A stretch of DNA of 63,971 nucleotides, filler included, from Octopus bimaculoides (GCF_001194135.2; 9 parts of 8 records of this genome joined end to end with filler, not necessarily neighbours in it), one strand, 5' to 3'. Positions 1-13,395 are shown, numbered from the whole stretch's first letter. Program-made: numbers and translations. Notes: generated by a model not told the origin, from the letters alone.

Positions 1-32
<32 letters not shown>

Positions 33-382
33 GTATAATACAAAAAACACCTACTTAAGATGCCATGCAGTGGGAGTGAAGCTGAGCCAAAGGCATTGAG
101 GAGCAACACTCAGCCATGCTTACACTCTTGATGCTAATATTAAAGTTATAATATCATATTGTGTAGAAATTTGTCTTGCTTGGCAACAGTATCTAGAGAG
201 GAAAGAAAGTGGGTCTTGCCACGAGCAGAATAGAAAAGAACTAATGGATCTGGGCCTACATTTGCCAATGTTCTCTGACATATATTTAGCTCACAACACA
301 TAGGCCTGGACAAAGATTTGCAGATATACAAATTCACAGGCCTGCACACATATATACATGTTTATTTGTTTGTTTGTTTGTT

Positions 383-415
<33 letters not shown>

Positions 416-738
416 AGGGGTTGATAAAATAAATGCCAGACACAAAGAGACACACACACAGATATATATGTATATATATGGATATAATATATACACACGT
501 ATATATACACACACATCATCATCATCATCGTTTAACGTCCGCTTTCCATGCTAGCATGGGTTACATATATATATATATATATATNNNNNNNNNNNNNNNN
601 NNNNNNNNNNNNNNNNNNNNNNNNNNNNNNNNNNNNNNNNNNNNNNNNNNNNNNNNNNNNNNNNNNNNNATATATATACACATATATATATATGCACATA
701 TATATATATACACATACACACACACACACACGCACATG

Positions 739-764
<26 letters not shown>

Positions 765-770
<6 letters not shown>

Positions 771-924
771 GCTTCTTTCAGTTTCCATCTACCAAATCCC
801 CACACAAGACTTTGGTCAGCTTGAGGCTATAGTAGAAGACACTTGATCAAGGTACCTCGCAGTGGGACTGTACTTGGCACCATGTGGTTGGAAAGCAAGG
901 TTCCTACCACACAACCACACCTGT
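765..924 (-). mobile_element. SINE family A, 5' half
   Basis: Aligns to the head half of 20227-20625. Confidence 0.8.
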
Positions 925-2947
925 ACCTATCAGCTATCCAAACTTTTCTCTTCCCATTTCAACCTGGCCATGGACATTTTACTTCTCTGGTAATCATTAT
1001 TCACTCGGTCAGCCAACACATTTTTAATTATCCATCTTAGCAGAATTTTTCCTGTATTGTTTGTTGTAAAATATTTTCTATTTCCTTTTCTAAGTTCGAT
1101 CTAGAATCATGGTAAGAGAACTGTGTAGTAATAGAGAAGCGTTGTTAGTGTTGCTGCTCTAACCTTAGCTCACAGAAAGATCAGGACTTGGCACCACAAA
1201 CTGTGATGTCAGCTTCACAGTGACTTCATTGTTTACAACAATGGAGTGTATTTGTTTGTTTTACAGCCAGCTATACTGGGATGTTAAGAGTTAAGTGTAT
1301 TTGCTGCAGACTCAGCGGATGTTGCTGGCATTTCTATTATGGCTTAAGTCTACAGGAAGTCTCCAGTACTGCAAACTAATAAAACTTTGTCAATATTTTT
1401 AGTGCCAAGGACTGGGGAGTGATCGAAATGGTAGATTGCCAGACTAAATGTCACAAGGTATTCAACTATATATCTTTACAATCTGAGAATAAATCCCACA
1501 GAGATTCACTTTCTCATTCCTTTGGGATGGTAAAAGAAATACCAGTTAAATACTTGGGCTAATTAAATCTCTTACACCACCTCCTCCTTCTCTAGAATAT
1601 CAAGCATTATACCAACCTTAGCAATGAATATTTTTACAAGGGCTGTAGAGTGGCAAAATAACCATCAATTACTTTGTTTCACTGCTCTATATTAAGGATG
1701 TGTGATATATTTTCTTCACTGATCCTCCTCCTCATCATCATCATCATCATCATCATCATCGTTTAATGTCCGTTTTCCATGCTGGCATGGGTTGGATGGC
1801 TTGACTGTGGTCTGGGAAGTGAGGAGGCTGCACCAGGCTCCAGTCTGACCTGGCAGTGTTTCTACAGCTGGATGCCTTTCCTAACGCCAACCACTCCAAG
1901 TGGGTGCTTTTTACATGCCACTAGCACAGAGGCTAGTGGGGGCTGGCAACAACCACGATTGGTCGGTGCTTTTTACGTGCCACCGGCACGGAAGCCAGTC
2001 AAGGTGGCACTGGCATCAACCATGTTCGGACAGTGCTTTTTGCATGCCACCAGCACAGGGATCACAACTACAATTTCCATTGATGGAAGTTGTATTTAGA
2101 AGCTCCATCATTGTTGGATGACTATTTCAAATACAATTGGTTTCAGCTAATTATATTTCTTATGTTATGGAGTTCAAACCCCACTAGACTTGACTCTGAC
2201 ATTCCCTGACATGGCATCATTAAAACAAGCTACAGTAAAGTATTAAATAAGATTCAATAGACTTCATCCCTTTCTTGCAAAATTGTGGAGTTGCCACTTT
2301 CCCTAATTACAGTAAATTAACACTTGTCACTCATTGAACTAATACCCACCACTTTCCTACCTCACTATATTACTTATGACAGCACTAATTTGACTGCTAT
2401 TTTTGGCGTCCCTGAGTACTTTACTTTGTTGTTATACCTCAATATAGAGGTTCTCTGCTCACTGATCTGACAAGTCTGAAGAATTCTGTTTTACTGGTGA
2501 GGTCTAATAAGAGGGAAACATGTCAATTATTGTCAAAATGAAATGAAAATAATATTCTCCATTAAGCTAATGTTTTTCCTGCCTACCACATAAGTATTAA
2601 TTAGTTAATTAGATATTCCCCCACTAAATATAGTGGGTGGTGGGTATGTAATAGCTAACTTGGCTCTCAGAAAGGAAAAGTTTTGTAGAACTATAACTAA
2701 TTGAAGAGCAATGAAGTCATTTGATGCTGAGTGATGTATTTCTCATTGTTTGGTAGGCTGTGGAGAGTTAAAGTTCTTGACCAAGGACAGATTTAGTGAT
2801 GTGAATATATATCAAAAATAAACGAACAAACAGAGAACTGAAATGTTTATCGTTTGTCTGTTTCTGTAATGGATTACATCTTAATGGTAGAAATAACAGG
2901 AAATATCAGTGTGTGAGAAGAGAAATAGTAATCCTTAGCTGGGGAAA

Positions 2948-2990
2948 AGAAGAAGAAGAAGAAGAAGAAGAAGAAGAAGAAGAAGAAGAA

Positions 2991-3022
<32 letters not shown>

Positions 3023-3890
3023 AGGAGAAGAAGAAGAAGAAGAAGAAGAAGAAGAGTGAAAGAAGAAGAAGAAGAAGAAGAANNNNNNNNNNNNNNNNNN
3101 NNNNNNNNNNNNNNNNNNNNNNNNNNNNNNNNNNNNNNNNNNNNNNNNNNNNNNNNNNNNNNNNNNNNNNNNNNNNNNNNNNNNNNNNNNNNNNNNNNNN
3201 NNNNNNNNNNNNNNNNNNNNNNNNNNNNNNNNNNNNNNNNNNNNNNNNNNNNNNNNNNNNNNNNNNNNNNNNNNNNNNNNNNNNNNNNNNNNNNNNNNNN
3301 NNNNNNNNNNNNNNNNNNNNNNNNNNNNNNNNNNNNNNNNNNNNNNNNNNNNNNNNNNNNNNNNNNNNNNNNNNNNNNNNNNNNNNNNNNNNNNNNNNNN
3401 NNNNNNNNNNNNNNNNNNNNNNNNNNNNNNNNNNNNNNNNNNNNNNNNNNNNNNNNNNNNNNNNNNNNNNNNNNNNNNNNNNNNNNNNNNNNNNNNNNNN
3501 NNNNNNNNNNNNNNNNNNNNNNNNNNNNNNNNNNNNNNNNNNNNNNNNNNNNNNNNNNNNNNNNNNNNNNNNNNNNNNNNNNNNNNNNNNNNNNNNNNNN
3601 NNNNNNNNNNNNNNNNNNNNNNNNNNNNNNNNNNNNNNNNNNNNNNNNNNNNNNNNNNNNNNNNNNNNNNNNNNNNNNNNNNNNNNNNNNNNNNNNNNNN
3701 NNNNNNNNNNNNNNNNNNNNNNNNNNNNNNNNNNNNNNNNNNNNNNNNNNNNNNNNNNNNNNNNNNNNNNNNNNNNNNNNNNNNNNNNNNNNNNNNNNNN
3801 NNNNNNNNNNNNNNNNNNNNNNNNNNNNNNNNNNNNNNNNGAAAGAAGAAGAAGAAGAAGAAGAAGAAGAAGAAGAAGAAGAAGAAGAAG
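2948..3890. repeat. (GAA)n microsatellite on both sides of a 758-N gap
   Basis: Direct inspection. Confidence 0.95.
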
Positions 3891-4102
3891 AACAGGAAGA
3901 AAAAGAAGAAAAAAGAATGAAAGAAAGAGAGACATGTCGAAATATCAGACAAACAGGAAATAAATAAAACAAACTGGCCAAAATTCTAATGATGGAACCA
4001 TCTTCTTATCTTCGGATATTTCTTTTGTTGCCAGAAATCAAAAGATACAGATTTTCCTTCTGACCCAAACTCTCCACTTAGAACACACACACACAAACAA
4101 AT

Positions 4103-4134
<32 letters not shown>

Positions 4135-4608
4135 GAACACATATATATCATCATCATCATCGTTTAATGCCCGCCTTCCATGTTGGCACGGGCTGGACGG
4201 TTTGACAGGAACTAGCCAGGCAAGAGCCGCTACCATTTCTGTTCATACATGTAGCTTTACACACACACACATATCATCATCATCATCGTTTAACGTCTGT
4301 TTTCCATGCTGTCATGGGTTGGACGGTTCGACAGGGGTCTGGGAAGCCAGGAGGCTGCACTAGGCTCTAATCTGATCTGGTATTGTTTCTACAGCTGGAT
4401 GCCCTCCCTAACGCCTACCACTCCAAGAGTGTAGCGGGTGCTTTTTACATGCCATGAGCATGGGAGCCAGTCAGGTGGCACCGGCATCGAACACACTTGA
4501 ATGGTGCATTTTACATGTCACTGGGATGGGTGCCAGTCAGGCGGCACTGGCATCAGTCGTGCTCAAATGGTGCTTATGGTGCTTAAACATATATATACAT
4601 GTGTGTGT

Positions 4609-4659
<51 letters not shown>

Positions 4660-4801
4660 CACTGATATCAAATGGTGAGAATGAGTACTCAATACAACAT
4701 TGGTGGATAAATATTCTTTATTTGTGGGTGAACAAGGCTGCCAATGGTTTCATCCTGAGAGATTTTCACAATTGTTTAAGAACACCACAAGGAAATGTTG
4801 G

Positions 4802-4901
4802 NNNNNNNNNNNNNNNNNNNNNNNNNNNNNNNNNNNNNNNNNNNNTTAATTAATTAANNNNNNNNNNNNNNNNNNNNNNNNNNNNNNNNNNNNNNNNNNN
4901 N
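4802..4901. other. Assembly gap with a synthetic linker: 44 N + TTAATTAATTAA + 44 N. Also at 10152-10251, 18652-18751, 23815-23914, 35180-35279, 55005-55104, 57373-57472, 62796-62895
   Basis: Identical 100-bp structure eight times. The 12-mer is palindromic and places a stop codon in all six frames. Confidence 0.97.
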
Positions 4902-5080
4902 GTAACACATGATGGGTATTATTAATGATTAGCACTGTTATGTTGTAGGGAAAGAAGACCAGAATCTGAAAAACAAGATTCTGTTAAATTTGTAATATTT
5001 AAGCATTGAAAAAGTTTTAAGAGAATTATATATTTTCAGGTTGACAAGCCTTTTCTTAGGACGTGGACATGAGATCAATT

Positions 5081-5123
5081 TTATTATTATTATTATTATT
5101 ATTATTCTTGTTGTTGTTGTTGC

Positions 5124-5163
<40 letters not shown>

Positions 5164-5182
5164 ATTGTTGTTGTTGTTGTTA
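5081..5182. repeat. Compound (ATT)n-(GTT)n microsatellite
   Basis: Direct inspection. Confidence 0.95.
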
Positions 5183-8100
5183 TTTCTAATGTTGCTTTTA
5201 TATAGGCATGCATGCATGCATATATGTATGTATGTATGTACGTATTCATGTATGAACGAATGTATGTACGTCTGTTTGCATGTTACTTCTATAAATCTAT
5301 TCCGTCATCCAGAGAATTAAATAGGAGCTATTACTACAATTCTAAACAGCAACTAAAGGAACAACTAAAAGATATATAAACATGAGCAAATGATTTGCAA
5401 ATGCCTTTTCACGGGATTATCATATCTCTAATGATTCTGTGAAAAACAAAAAATTGTGGTTAGGGATGACACGAATATTATTGATTCTACTACAATTTAG
5501 CTATTCTAATTTCCCGGTCTTTAAGCTTAACTGGAAACATTTCCCTTCGAAGTACTTATCGTTAATATGTATGTTTAAGTGTCTGTTTTGTTCTTTGCTG
5601 CTATATATAGTTTATTCGCTCTGTCAACTTGAATTGAAGTGTTGTTGAAAATTCAATGACAAGATGAGATATTTAGCTTCAAGTGAGCTTTGATTGTTAT
5701 AACCGAGAATTCCATAAATATATTTTAGTTAAGGTAGTGCAGCTATCATTCAAGTGGTCGACTGTTTGACTATGTTTGATGTAAGTGTGAGTCAGATAGG
5801 TAACTTATGATTTTTATCGTACATTCAGCATATTACTTGTAAGGATCATTTAATGACACCGAAAAATACAGTAGAACCAAAATATTTATAGGCAAAAAAA
5901 AAAACAGTTAAGGCTGGCTTTTAGGATCAACCCTTTCTTATTAGTAAAATACTTAATGAATATTTCCCTTCATTTACACTGAGTTTTATATATTTAATTA
6001 TTGATTTCTTGCATAAATACAAGAACACGCATTTTTGGGGAGGATATAACTGTAAGGGACGACCGTGCGAACTCATAAAAGGAGAATGGTGACGAATGGA
6101 AAAACAGAGGACTCCTTTTATTTAAACGTGTCACACGGTCGAACATAACAATATTATATCGATGGATGATATACATATGTTATGCGACGATAACATAGAT
6201 GACCAGTAATGAAAGACCACAACCGTATTAGATGAATAACAGATATATTTATTGTAGCGTTAAAGATGTATGTCTGTGTGAGAGTGTGAATGCGACATAG
6301 AAGAACATAATCAAAGACAGGCCGTCATGCAAAGAAAAGTGTGTATGTGAGTGATACGTGTGTGTATGAGAAATATTACAGCAGAGAAAAAGAGAGTCAA
6401 TAACACGTGAACAATTATACCAGTTCTTGGGTACACAATAATATGAATCTGTATGTGAAGTGAGTTGGCTGAGTTTGGCAGAGCTGATCACNNNNNNNNN
6501 NNNNNNNNNNNNNNNNNNNNNNNNNNNNNNNNNNNNNNNNNNNNNNNNNNNNNNNNNNNNNNNNNNNNNNNNNNNNNNNNNNNNNNNNNNNNNNNNNNNN
6601 NNNNNNNNNNNNNNNNNNNNNNNNNNNNNNNNNNNNNNNNNNNNNNNNNNNNNNNNNNNNNNNNNNNNNNNNNNNNNNNNNNNNNNNNNNNNNNNNNNNN
6701 NNNNNNNNNNNNNNNNNNNNNNNNNNNNNNNNNNNNNNNNNNNNNNNNNNNNNNNNNNNNNNNNNNNNNNNNNNNNNNNNNNNNNNNNNNNNNNNNNNNN
6801 NNNNNNNNNNNNNNNNNNNNNNNNGCTGGCTGCTGCTGCTGTCGTGTGGTACACGGAACAGTTCTCAAAGAGAAACTGGACCGAGACAAATTTGGCCGCC
6901 GAGTTAAAGCTATTTATAACAAACTATTGGCTCACCAGATGGTAGAAATATACTCTATCACGTGACCTTATTAGGGGCCGTGATTGGTCAGTTTGCGTTC
7001 TGGCGGGAACGGTTCGAAGAAGTTGCCGATTCGAATAATGATCAGTCACGTGATGACAAGGAATGGGTTCTCTACTACGCTCGCATTTATTTATATTTAA
7101 ATGAGAAGATTGTATGTAATGGCGATAGTAGTTTGTATCTAATGGCGGGAGGTAGTTTCACTACATAACCATTTATATCCAGCACTTGATTCGTACTTTA
7201 TTATTAACCGATAAAAAAGCAAGGATGATTTCAGCAGAATTTGAACTTTCAATGTAAAAATCCGTAACTGAATCCCACAAGGATTTTTTCCCGTAGTTCT
7301 CACGATTTTACTAACACACCTTCCTTTTAATTAGTGATGTTTGTCTTTCGCTAAAGACCTGGGATTCTTTTGGCAAATGGGTATCGTCAATTAAATCGAT
7401 CACAGAAAACTGATGTAACAAGTGTTTTTTTTTTTTTCTATTGAATCCTTTATTGAATTTTAGAACTTCCTAAAGTTTTCATTGTTAATCATTTATTATA
7501 AATAGGGAGCACCGATCTTCATGTGATCCTGGTCCACCCAGGTTTAAATACGGCCCTGAATTTATGACATACATTTGTAAGTTCTTCATGTTACAATTCT
7601 ATAATCTCTGTTGAAGAGCGTCTCTGACATCGCATCATCTATTTGTTATTGAAAAAGAAAGAGATCATTGAGCTCAATGTTATTTTTAGCAAATAATTTA
7701 AGCTTGTCGTAGTCTTTGTCATTCTACTGTTCTTTCTGATGCATTCATTGAAAGACTTACGTAATGCAAGCACAAGTTGGCTTCTGAAGATTTTGTAATA
7801 ATATGAAAACGTTTCTATAAATGAAAACTATTCCAATTCTAGAAACGAAAAACATTACTAAATGCCTTCCGTTAATCAATCTAGGCTGTATAAAACAATT
7901 TCAAAGATAATTCCAGAAGTATATTTTTAACACTCTGTGATCCTCTGTGACAACTTTTGTAGCTCTCTAGAATGACGGAATTCTTCCTACACAAGCAAAT
8001 TCATTCTTTAATAATAGCTGTCAAGAGTTTATATGTCACAGAAAAAGTTTGCAGATAATCAATAATATTAAGGGATTTTTGCTTTCTCATTTCTTTGTAG

Positions 8101-9544
8101 TGAGAAAAATGGCTCCCTGTCTTATGTACGGATTGTTTATTATAATACATAGTGTTTTAACCAGTTTGTCAGTGAAAATATATTTGGTTCTGAACACTTT
8201 GTATGATTTCTGTAAAACCTATTGGTTCCTTCCAGTTTAAAATGCGTTTTATTACTGCCTAAGGGTGTTGAAATTTTTCTTCCTTTTCAGTTCAGTAATT
8301 CAATTACGGGTATTTGAATCGCCACACTGTAACGTTGCTTTATATTGTAATAAAAAAAATCTCCTAACAAGATAGTATCTTGACCGACGCTGAATAGTCT
8401 CGAATTTCAGCAACACCTTTAGGGCCTCTGCTTAATCTATAATTTTCTGAATAATATCAACAATAAATCTCAAGTTTTGAGTCCTTTGCTTCAAGCAATT
8501 TGTTATTCTAGTCGCCATCAGAGTGGCACGTTGGTACAAGCTGAAACAGTAAAACGACGAACTAAACATATAACAAAATTTAGTCAGGTTCCTTTAAGTT
8601 CTCAGCTAAAATACTGCCTGGATCGACCTTGTCTCTCATTTCTTCGTGAATTATTATATGACAGAACTGTCATGAAGGTGATCCTGTCGATTATATTACC
8701 CTGTTCTCTTTCTCCCTATATTGTATCTAACGAAATCATCAATATAGTCAATAATTCAATAGACTAGAGGTAAATTCCCAGTCATCTCATTTTGTGGCTC
8801 TGATACGTTTCTTGAATAAATAAAAGCTGATTAATTCCCTCTCCCTTTCATCACTATTACTTTTAGGAAAAAAATCATTTCACGCAATCTCTTTTTCCTT
8901 ACCTTATATATCTTAGGCTTTCTGCCTCTATCAAAAACATTATTAGCTAGTTATTATTGTTTCTGCTGTTGTTGTTGTCACTAGTTGTAGTTCTGTATCA
9001 GAAGATCTATGTTCAAAGACGTTCCAGTGAAGACCATCCTGTTTGTTTCTCCTTTTTTTGTCAAGAACTACTTTGTTTAATTTCTTTCTCTTTTTATACA
9101 ATAGGACGTGATTTCAGTGAAATTTGACTGCTACTTCAAACAAATGGAGTGGCAATTTAAAGAATCCCTTTGTAATATTGTATAGTAGAAAAAGTAGTGG
9201 TCTGTAATAGTAAGTTCCGGATGATAGAAAGCCATCATCCACTAACTATGAATTAACAGAACATTTTCATGGCATGCGCATCACAAGCTCCCAACTCCTT
9301 GCTCTATACATTATCGTACTTCCTTTATTTGTTCCAGTCATTGGACTGCAGTCATGCTGGAGCTCCACCTTATTTTTGGATAGGATGTTGTTTTCATTAT
9401 CTTTAATGCAAACTGACAAATTTAGCCCGAACATCCGGTATATATGATAATCGTACACATTTAAATCGAATATGCTCTATAATTTTTTGCATGTAGCGAC
9501 ACAAGTTCTTTTCTTTTGACCATCCGTTCATTCCTTCTTCTCCT

Positions 9545-9680
9545 CTTCTTTGGATTTTCTTCCACTATCAGACGAAGATTCATACTCGAGCCGTCATATT
9601 TTTACTTGTAATTTTTCCATCTGAAGCTTTCACCAAACGTCAAACTAATACATCTACTGTGTACGACCATTTGACTTTTG
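9545..9680 (+). repeat. Degenerate copy of the hammerhead-bearing repeat family
   Basis: TAT CAGACGA A GATTCATACTC GAGC CGTC ATA (9566-9598) plus CGTCAAACTAATAC (9638-9651), the reverse complement of 58249-58262. Confidence 0.5.
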
Positions 9681-9726
9681 AGTCTGTTTTCGTTCTCCAA
9701 TGTATATGTATATGTATATATATATA

Positions 9727-9774
<48 letters not shown>

Positions 9775-9862
9775 TGTGTGTGTGAGTGTGTGTGTGTATG
9801 TATATACACACACACACATATATATATATATATGTCTGTGTGTGTATGTATATATACATATG

Positions 9863-10047
9863 TGTGACACTGAAAGAGTTAGAAGGTCAAACAATGGAAA
9901 CCCTCCATCAGGGTTTAAAGGGCTGATTCCTTAAACGCTGATGAAAGGACTTTTAGGTTCCGAAATAGTGGACACATAAAAGACCAACAGTAACAACAAT
10001 AAAAGTCCGTTTGCATTGTTTAGCCTTCTAACTCTTTCAATATCACA
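9863..10047. mobile_element. 185-bp TIR-bounded element (39-bp TIRs, TGT...ACA termini) in a TA/TG microsatellite
   Basis: 9863-9901 TGTGACACTGAAAGAGTTAGAAGGTCAAACAATGGAAAC versus reverse complement of 10009-10047 TGTGATATTGAAAGAGTTAGAAGGCTAAACAATGCAAAC: 34/39 identical. Confidence 0.8.
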
Positions 10048-10077
10048 TATATATAATGCTTCAATCAAACCACAACA

Positions 10078-10151
<74 letters not shown>

Positions 10152-10840
10152 NNNNNNNNNNNNNNNNNNNNNNNNNNNNNNNNNNNNNNNNNNNNTTAAT
10201 TAATTAANNNNNNNNNNNNNNNNNNNNNNNNNNNNNNNNNNNNNNNNNNNNGCATAAATAAAACGAAAAGGATTCTTGAGAAAGTACTTATTGTGACCGG
10301 TATCATATTTGAATAACGAAAACGAACTAGATTATGTGAAATAGCATACAATATAATTCTAGAATTTATCTTGTCTGTCACATGCAGCTGCAATTGTAAT
10401 ACTCAGTTTCGCAATGTCGATTATTCGAAAGATTGGAACGGTGAGCATTGTAACGATACATAAGTAAACAAATCGTAAATGATGATTCGTCGAGGTTTGA
10501 AAAGTTGTAGAAAAAGAGTATTTATTCTCATCAGTCTTCCCTTTATGTCTTTCGGCATCCGTTTTAAATAAAATTCGCTACAATTTCAAAATAATTCTCA
10601 TAAGATATCATCATATTAAGATTGCATGAATCCTTGTTTCCTTCATGTTGTTTTTCCTTTATTTCATCTCAAATATAATTCACGCATAAACTGTATGTTC
10701 TTCCAACTTAATCAAATTAATCATTCACTTGATAAAATCGTAAGATTCAAAACATGGTGTTGTTTGTAACGCAAACATACACGCGCGCGCGTACACGCAC
10801 ATATATGTATAATAACTATGTGTGTGTATGTGTATTACAG

Positions 10841-11001
10841 AAACCTCTACGACATTGATTTCTTAACTGGGGCTTTATCGGAGAACGTAGTTCCTGGTGC
10901 GATGGTTGGACCAACATTAAAAAGATTATTCGAAGATACTTTTAATTCATTGCAAAGAGGTGACAGACTTTATTTTGATAACGCCGGTGTATTCACAGAT
11001 G
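10841..11001 (+). CDS. Internal coding exon of an animal haem peroxidase (peroxidasin/myeloperoxidase-type family), C-terminal region
   Basis: TTACAG acceptor ends at 10840 and a GTAAGT donor starts at 11002. Translation NLYDIDFLTGALSENVVPGAMVGPTLKRLFEDTFNSLQRGDRLYFDNAGVFTD matches the family pattern DIDLxxGxLxE...G.xGPT....QF..L..GDRF..EN.GVF. The exon is 161 nt, phase 2 in and phase 1 out. Confidence 0.92.
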
Positions 11002-11244
11002 GTAAGTTACAAATTATTTATCATTTTTACCTGACTTTCTTTAATTTAATAATGTTACAGCTTTACCACAGTGCACAAATACATAGAAAATGATGATTTA
11101 TGCATCAATTAAAGAATCAGGATTCAAGTTTTCAGTTTCATCATCTGTATACAATATCAATGATTTCCTTTTCCTCTAACGTTTTAATCCGCCAAATAAA
11201 TGAAATCTAATTTGGAAAGATCATTATTGTAAGGATGAATCGCG

Positions 11245-11580
11245 AAAGAATCGACGTCAGTGGAATTTCAACTCAGAACGTAGCGACGGACGAAATGCCG
11301 CCAAGCATTTTGTCCGGCGTGCTAACGATTCTTCAAGCTCGCCGCCTTAATAATAATAATGATTTCAAATTTTGGCACAAAGTTAACAAGTTCATGAAGT
11401 GGCTAGGTCTATTACATCAACCCCAGAGTTCAACTGGTTCTTATGTTATCGAATTCGAAAGGATGAAAGGCAAAGTCTGCCTGGGCGGAATTCTAATTCA
11501 GAACGTAAAGACGGACGAAATGCCACTAAGCATTTTGTCCGGCGCGAATAAACGATTCTGTCAGCTCACTCTCCCCAGAT
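11245..11580 (-). mobile_element. Two tandem family B SINE copies
   Basis: The reverse complement of the family B head occurs twice (11245-11340 and ~11410-11580). Confidence 0.75.
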
Positions 11581-12479
11581 CCGGAGCCATTCTTTCCCTT
11601 AGGAGTTCGATGGTAAATTTACTTTACTCCTCCTTACTCTTCGGCCTACAGGCACCTACTTAGAGTAGGCCCACCTGTTTAAGTCTTTCTCGCAATTTTC
11701 CTGGAGGTGGGGTGGAGAGTACATTCCTCTCAACCCTTAACTTCTTTTCCAAATTGAAGTTAAAGTATTATCTGAAAAGGACTGTTTGTCTTCTGTCTTT
11801 TCAGTCCATCACAGACATCTTTAAAGAGATTTTTCTCCTCTCCCTTCATCCCTGAATTTAATATTAGGGGTCACTGACCCCAAAATTCAAACAGAATTTA
11901 AAAAAAAAACAGAAACATGAGCGTTACTTAGGGCACAATATCAAAGCCTTTTCAGTGAGGTAGGTAACTTTATTTAGTTTCAGCAGAAGTTCACAATCAT
12001 AACCAAACCGATTTCAACAAAATTTAACAAACCTAATGTGAGGTACGACCATTATAAATGGCATAAATGGCAATAATCATAACAACAGCATCGACCATCT
12101 ACAAGGTAGAGGAGAACGTATTTCAAGACAGTCGATCATAAGAAACCGATCCATGACTGGTTCTTATTTCATCACCCACAAGTGATGAAATTTGAACACA
12201 ATAGGCAAAGATTGAGTTGTCAGATAAATTCGTTCATTTGTCTTCAATGTTATTTGAGTTAATATGAAAATATCAGTGTTTTATGGTATTTTTTATAGGT
12301 GTAGTCTTCTGAACGTTTAGTGTTTCGTGTTTGAAATTTAAATAAATTTTACCTCTTTTCACGTACATAACGATAAAGTACCGAGAGGAGAAAAAATTTA
12401 TCGATAATCTCTTCTCTTTGCTTTGGTTTCAAAGATGCCAAAAGCATTCGAGACATTGTGTTCAGCTATTGCTGAAAGA

Positions 12480-13035
12480 ACAGAGCGGAAATGGTATTCC
12501 TGATTCAAGGAAGGGAAGTTCGATGTCTCCAAGAGGAGATCTGTCCCAATCCGCTAGGAATTGACCCAAAACCTCGAGGGGTGGAAGACACCCGCTTTGA
12601 ATGTAGGAGCACTCCTCTATGTTTACCAGTTAGCACGCTTAGGAACATGCTGCTCGGGAACAAACATTACTTTTACCGTATTATCACGAGCAATGAAATA
12701 TGATTTCTTTCTGTCAATATGAAGAAGAGGAAAGGGCGTCCGAGTTCCACAAGAAGGCAACAACTGGAACCAAGTGAAAGTGATGATCTACGTTTGGTGG
12801 GACTGGAAAGGGCTGATCCACCACAAAATACTTCACAGTAACTACACAGTCAGTTCAGAACTCAATGCTCAGCATCTACACCTGCTGAAGGCATTGACAA
12901 GCCAGTTCGAAGTTGGCAAGGAGTTGTGAACAATGAAGGAGAACACATTATTGACCAATTTGTAAAAATTGCTGATGGAAAATAAGAATTGAAATAAATG
13001 GCAATAAATCCAACAATTTATATGGCTACCCAATA
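12480..13035 (+). mobile_element. Decayed mariner transposase fragment with right-end TIR-like sequence
   Basis: Remnants RIITSNE (cf. RIITGDE), VMIYVWWDWKGLIHH (cf. KVMLxVWWD) and RWQGVVNNEGEHIID. Ends in ...TATGGCTACCCAATA, similar to the mariner end at 62440-62465. No left TIR recognised. Confidence 0.8.
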
Positions 13036-13099
13036 GCTTTATAATGCTTTCGAATTTTGGCCGTTGTGCAGAAATTTTGGGAGAGGAGGTTGCTACTAG

Positions 13100-13395
13100 A
13101 TTACAACAATCTTTGTACATAGTACTTATTTTTTGTCCCCGAAAAGGTCAAAATTGAAGTCCACCATCACGGAATATGAGCTCAGAATATAAAGACTGAC
13201 GAAGTAATGCTAAGCATTTTCCCCAGTGTGCTAACATTTCTGAAAGCTCACCGCGTTCCAATAGCTTAAACCACTATTTTTGTTAACATTGTGTTGTATG
13301 CGAAGACCACTACAGCAGAATTTGAACTCAGACGGACGAGGTACATGTTTTGTTCTCGGGTGTGCTAAAAGTTCCGAAAGCTCGCCGCTTTCCAA
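13100..13395 (-). mobile_element. Two tandem decayed family B SINE copies
   Basis: Two head remnants ending ...AAGCTCACCGC and ...AAGCTCGCCGC. Confidence 0.65.

Noticed and set aside
4846-4857. TTAATTAATTAA as a biological repeat, CRISPR-like repeat or PacI-site array
   Set aside because: It always sits centred in exactly 88 Ns, so it is an assembly linker.
6825-6965. Post-gap open frames (HGTVLKEKLDRDKFGRRVKAIYNKLL)
   Set aside because: No recognisable family, the 5' end is lost in a gap, and no link to the peroxidase frame could be shown.
10407-10440. Possible upstream peroxidase exon (CAG...GTGAGC, phase-compatible, SQCRLFERLER)
   Set aside because: Weak acceptor, and no resemblance to the expected upstream peroxidase sequence. 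Unresolved without RNA data.
10818-11093. ORF track entry as a stand-alone 91-aa protein
   Set aside because: Only 10841-11001 is peroxidase-like and bounded by AG/GT; the flanking codons are intronic.
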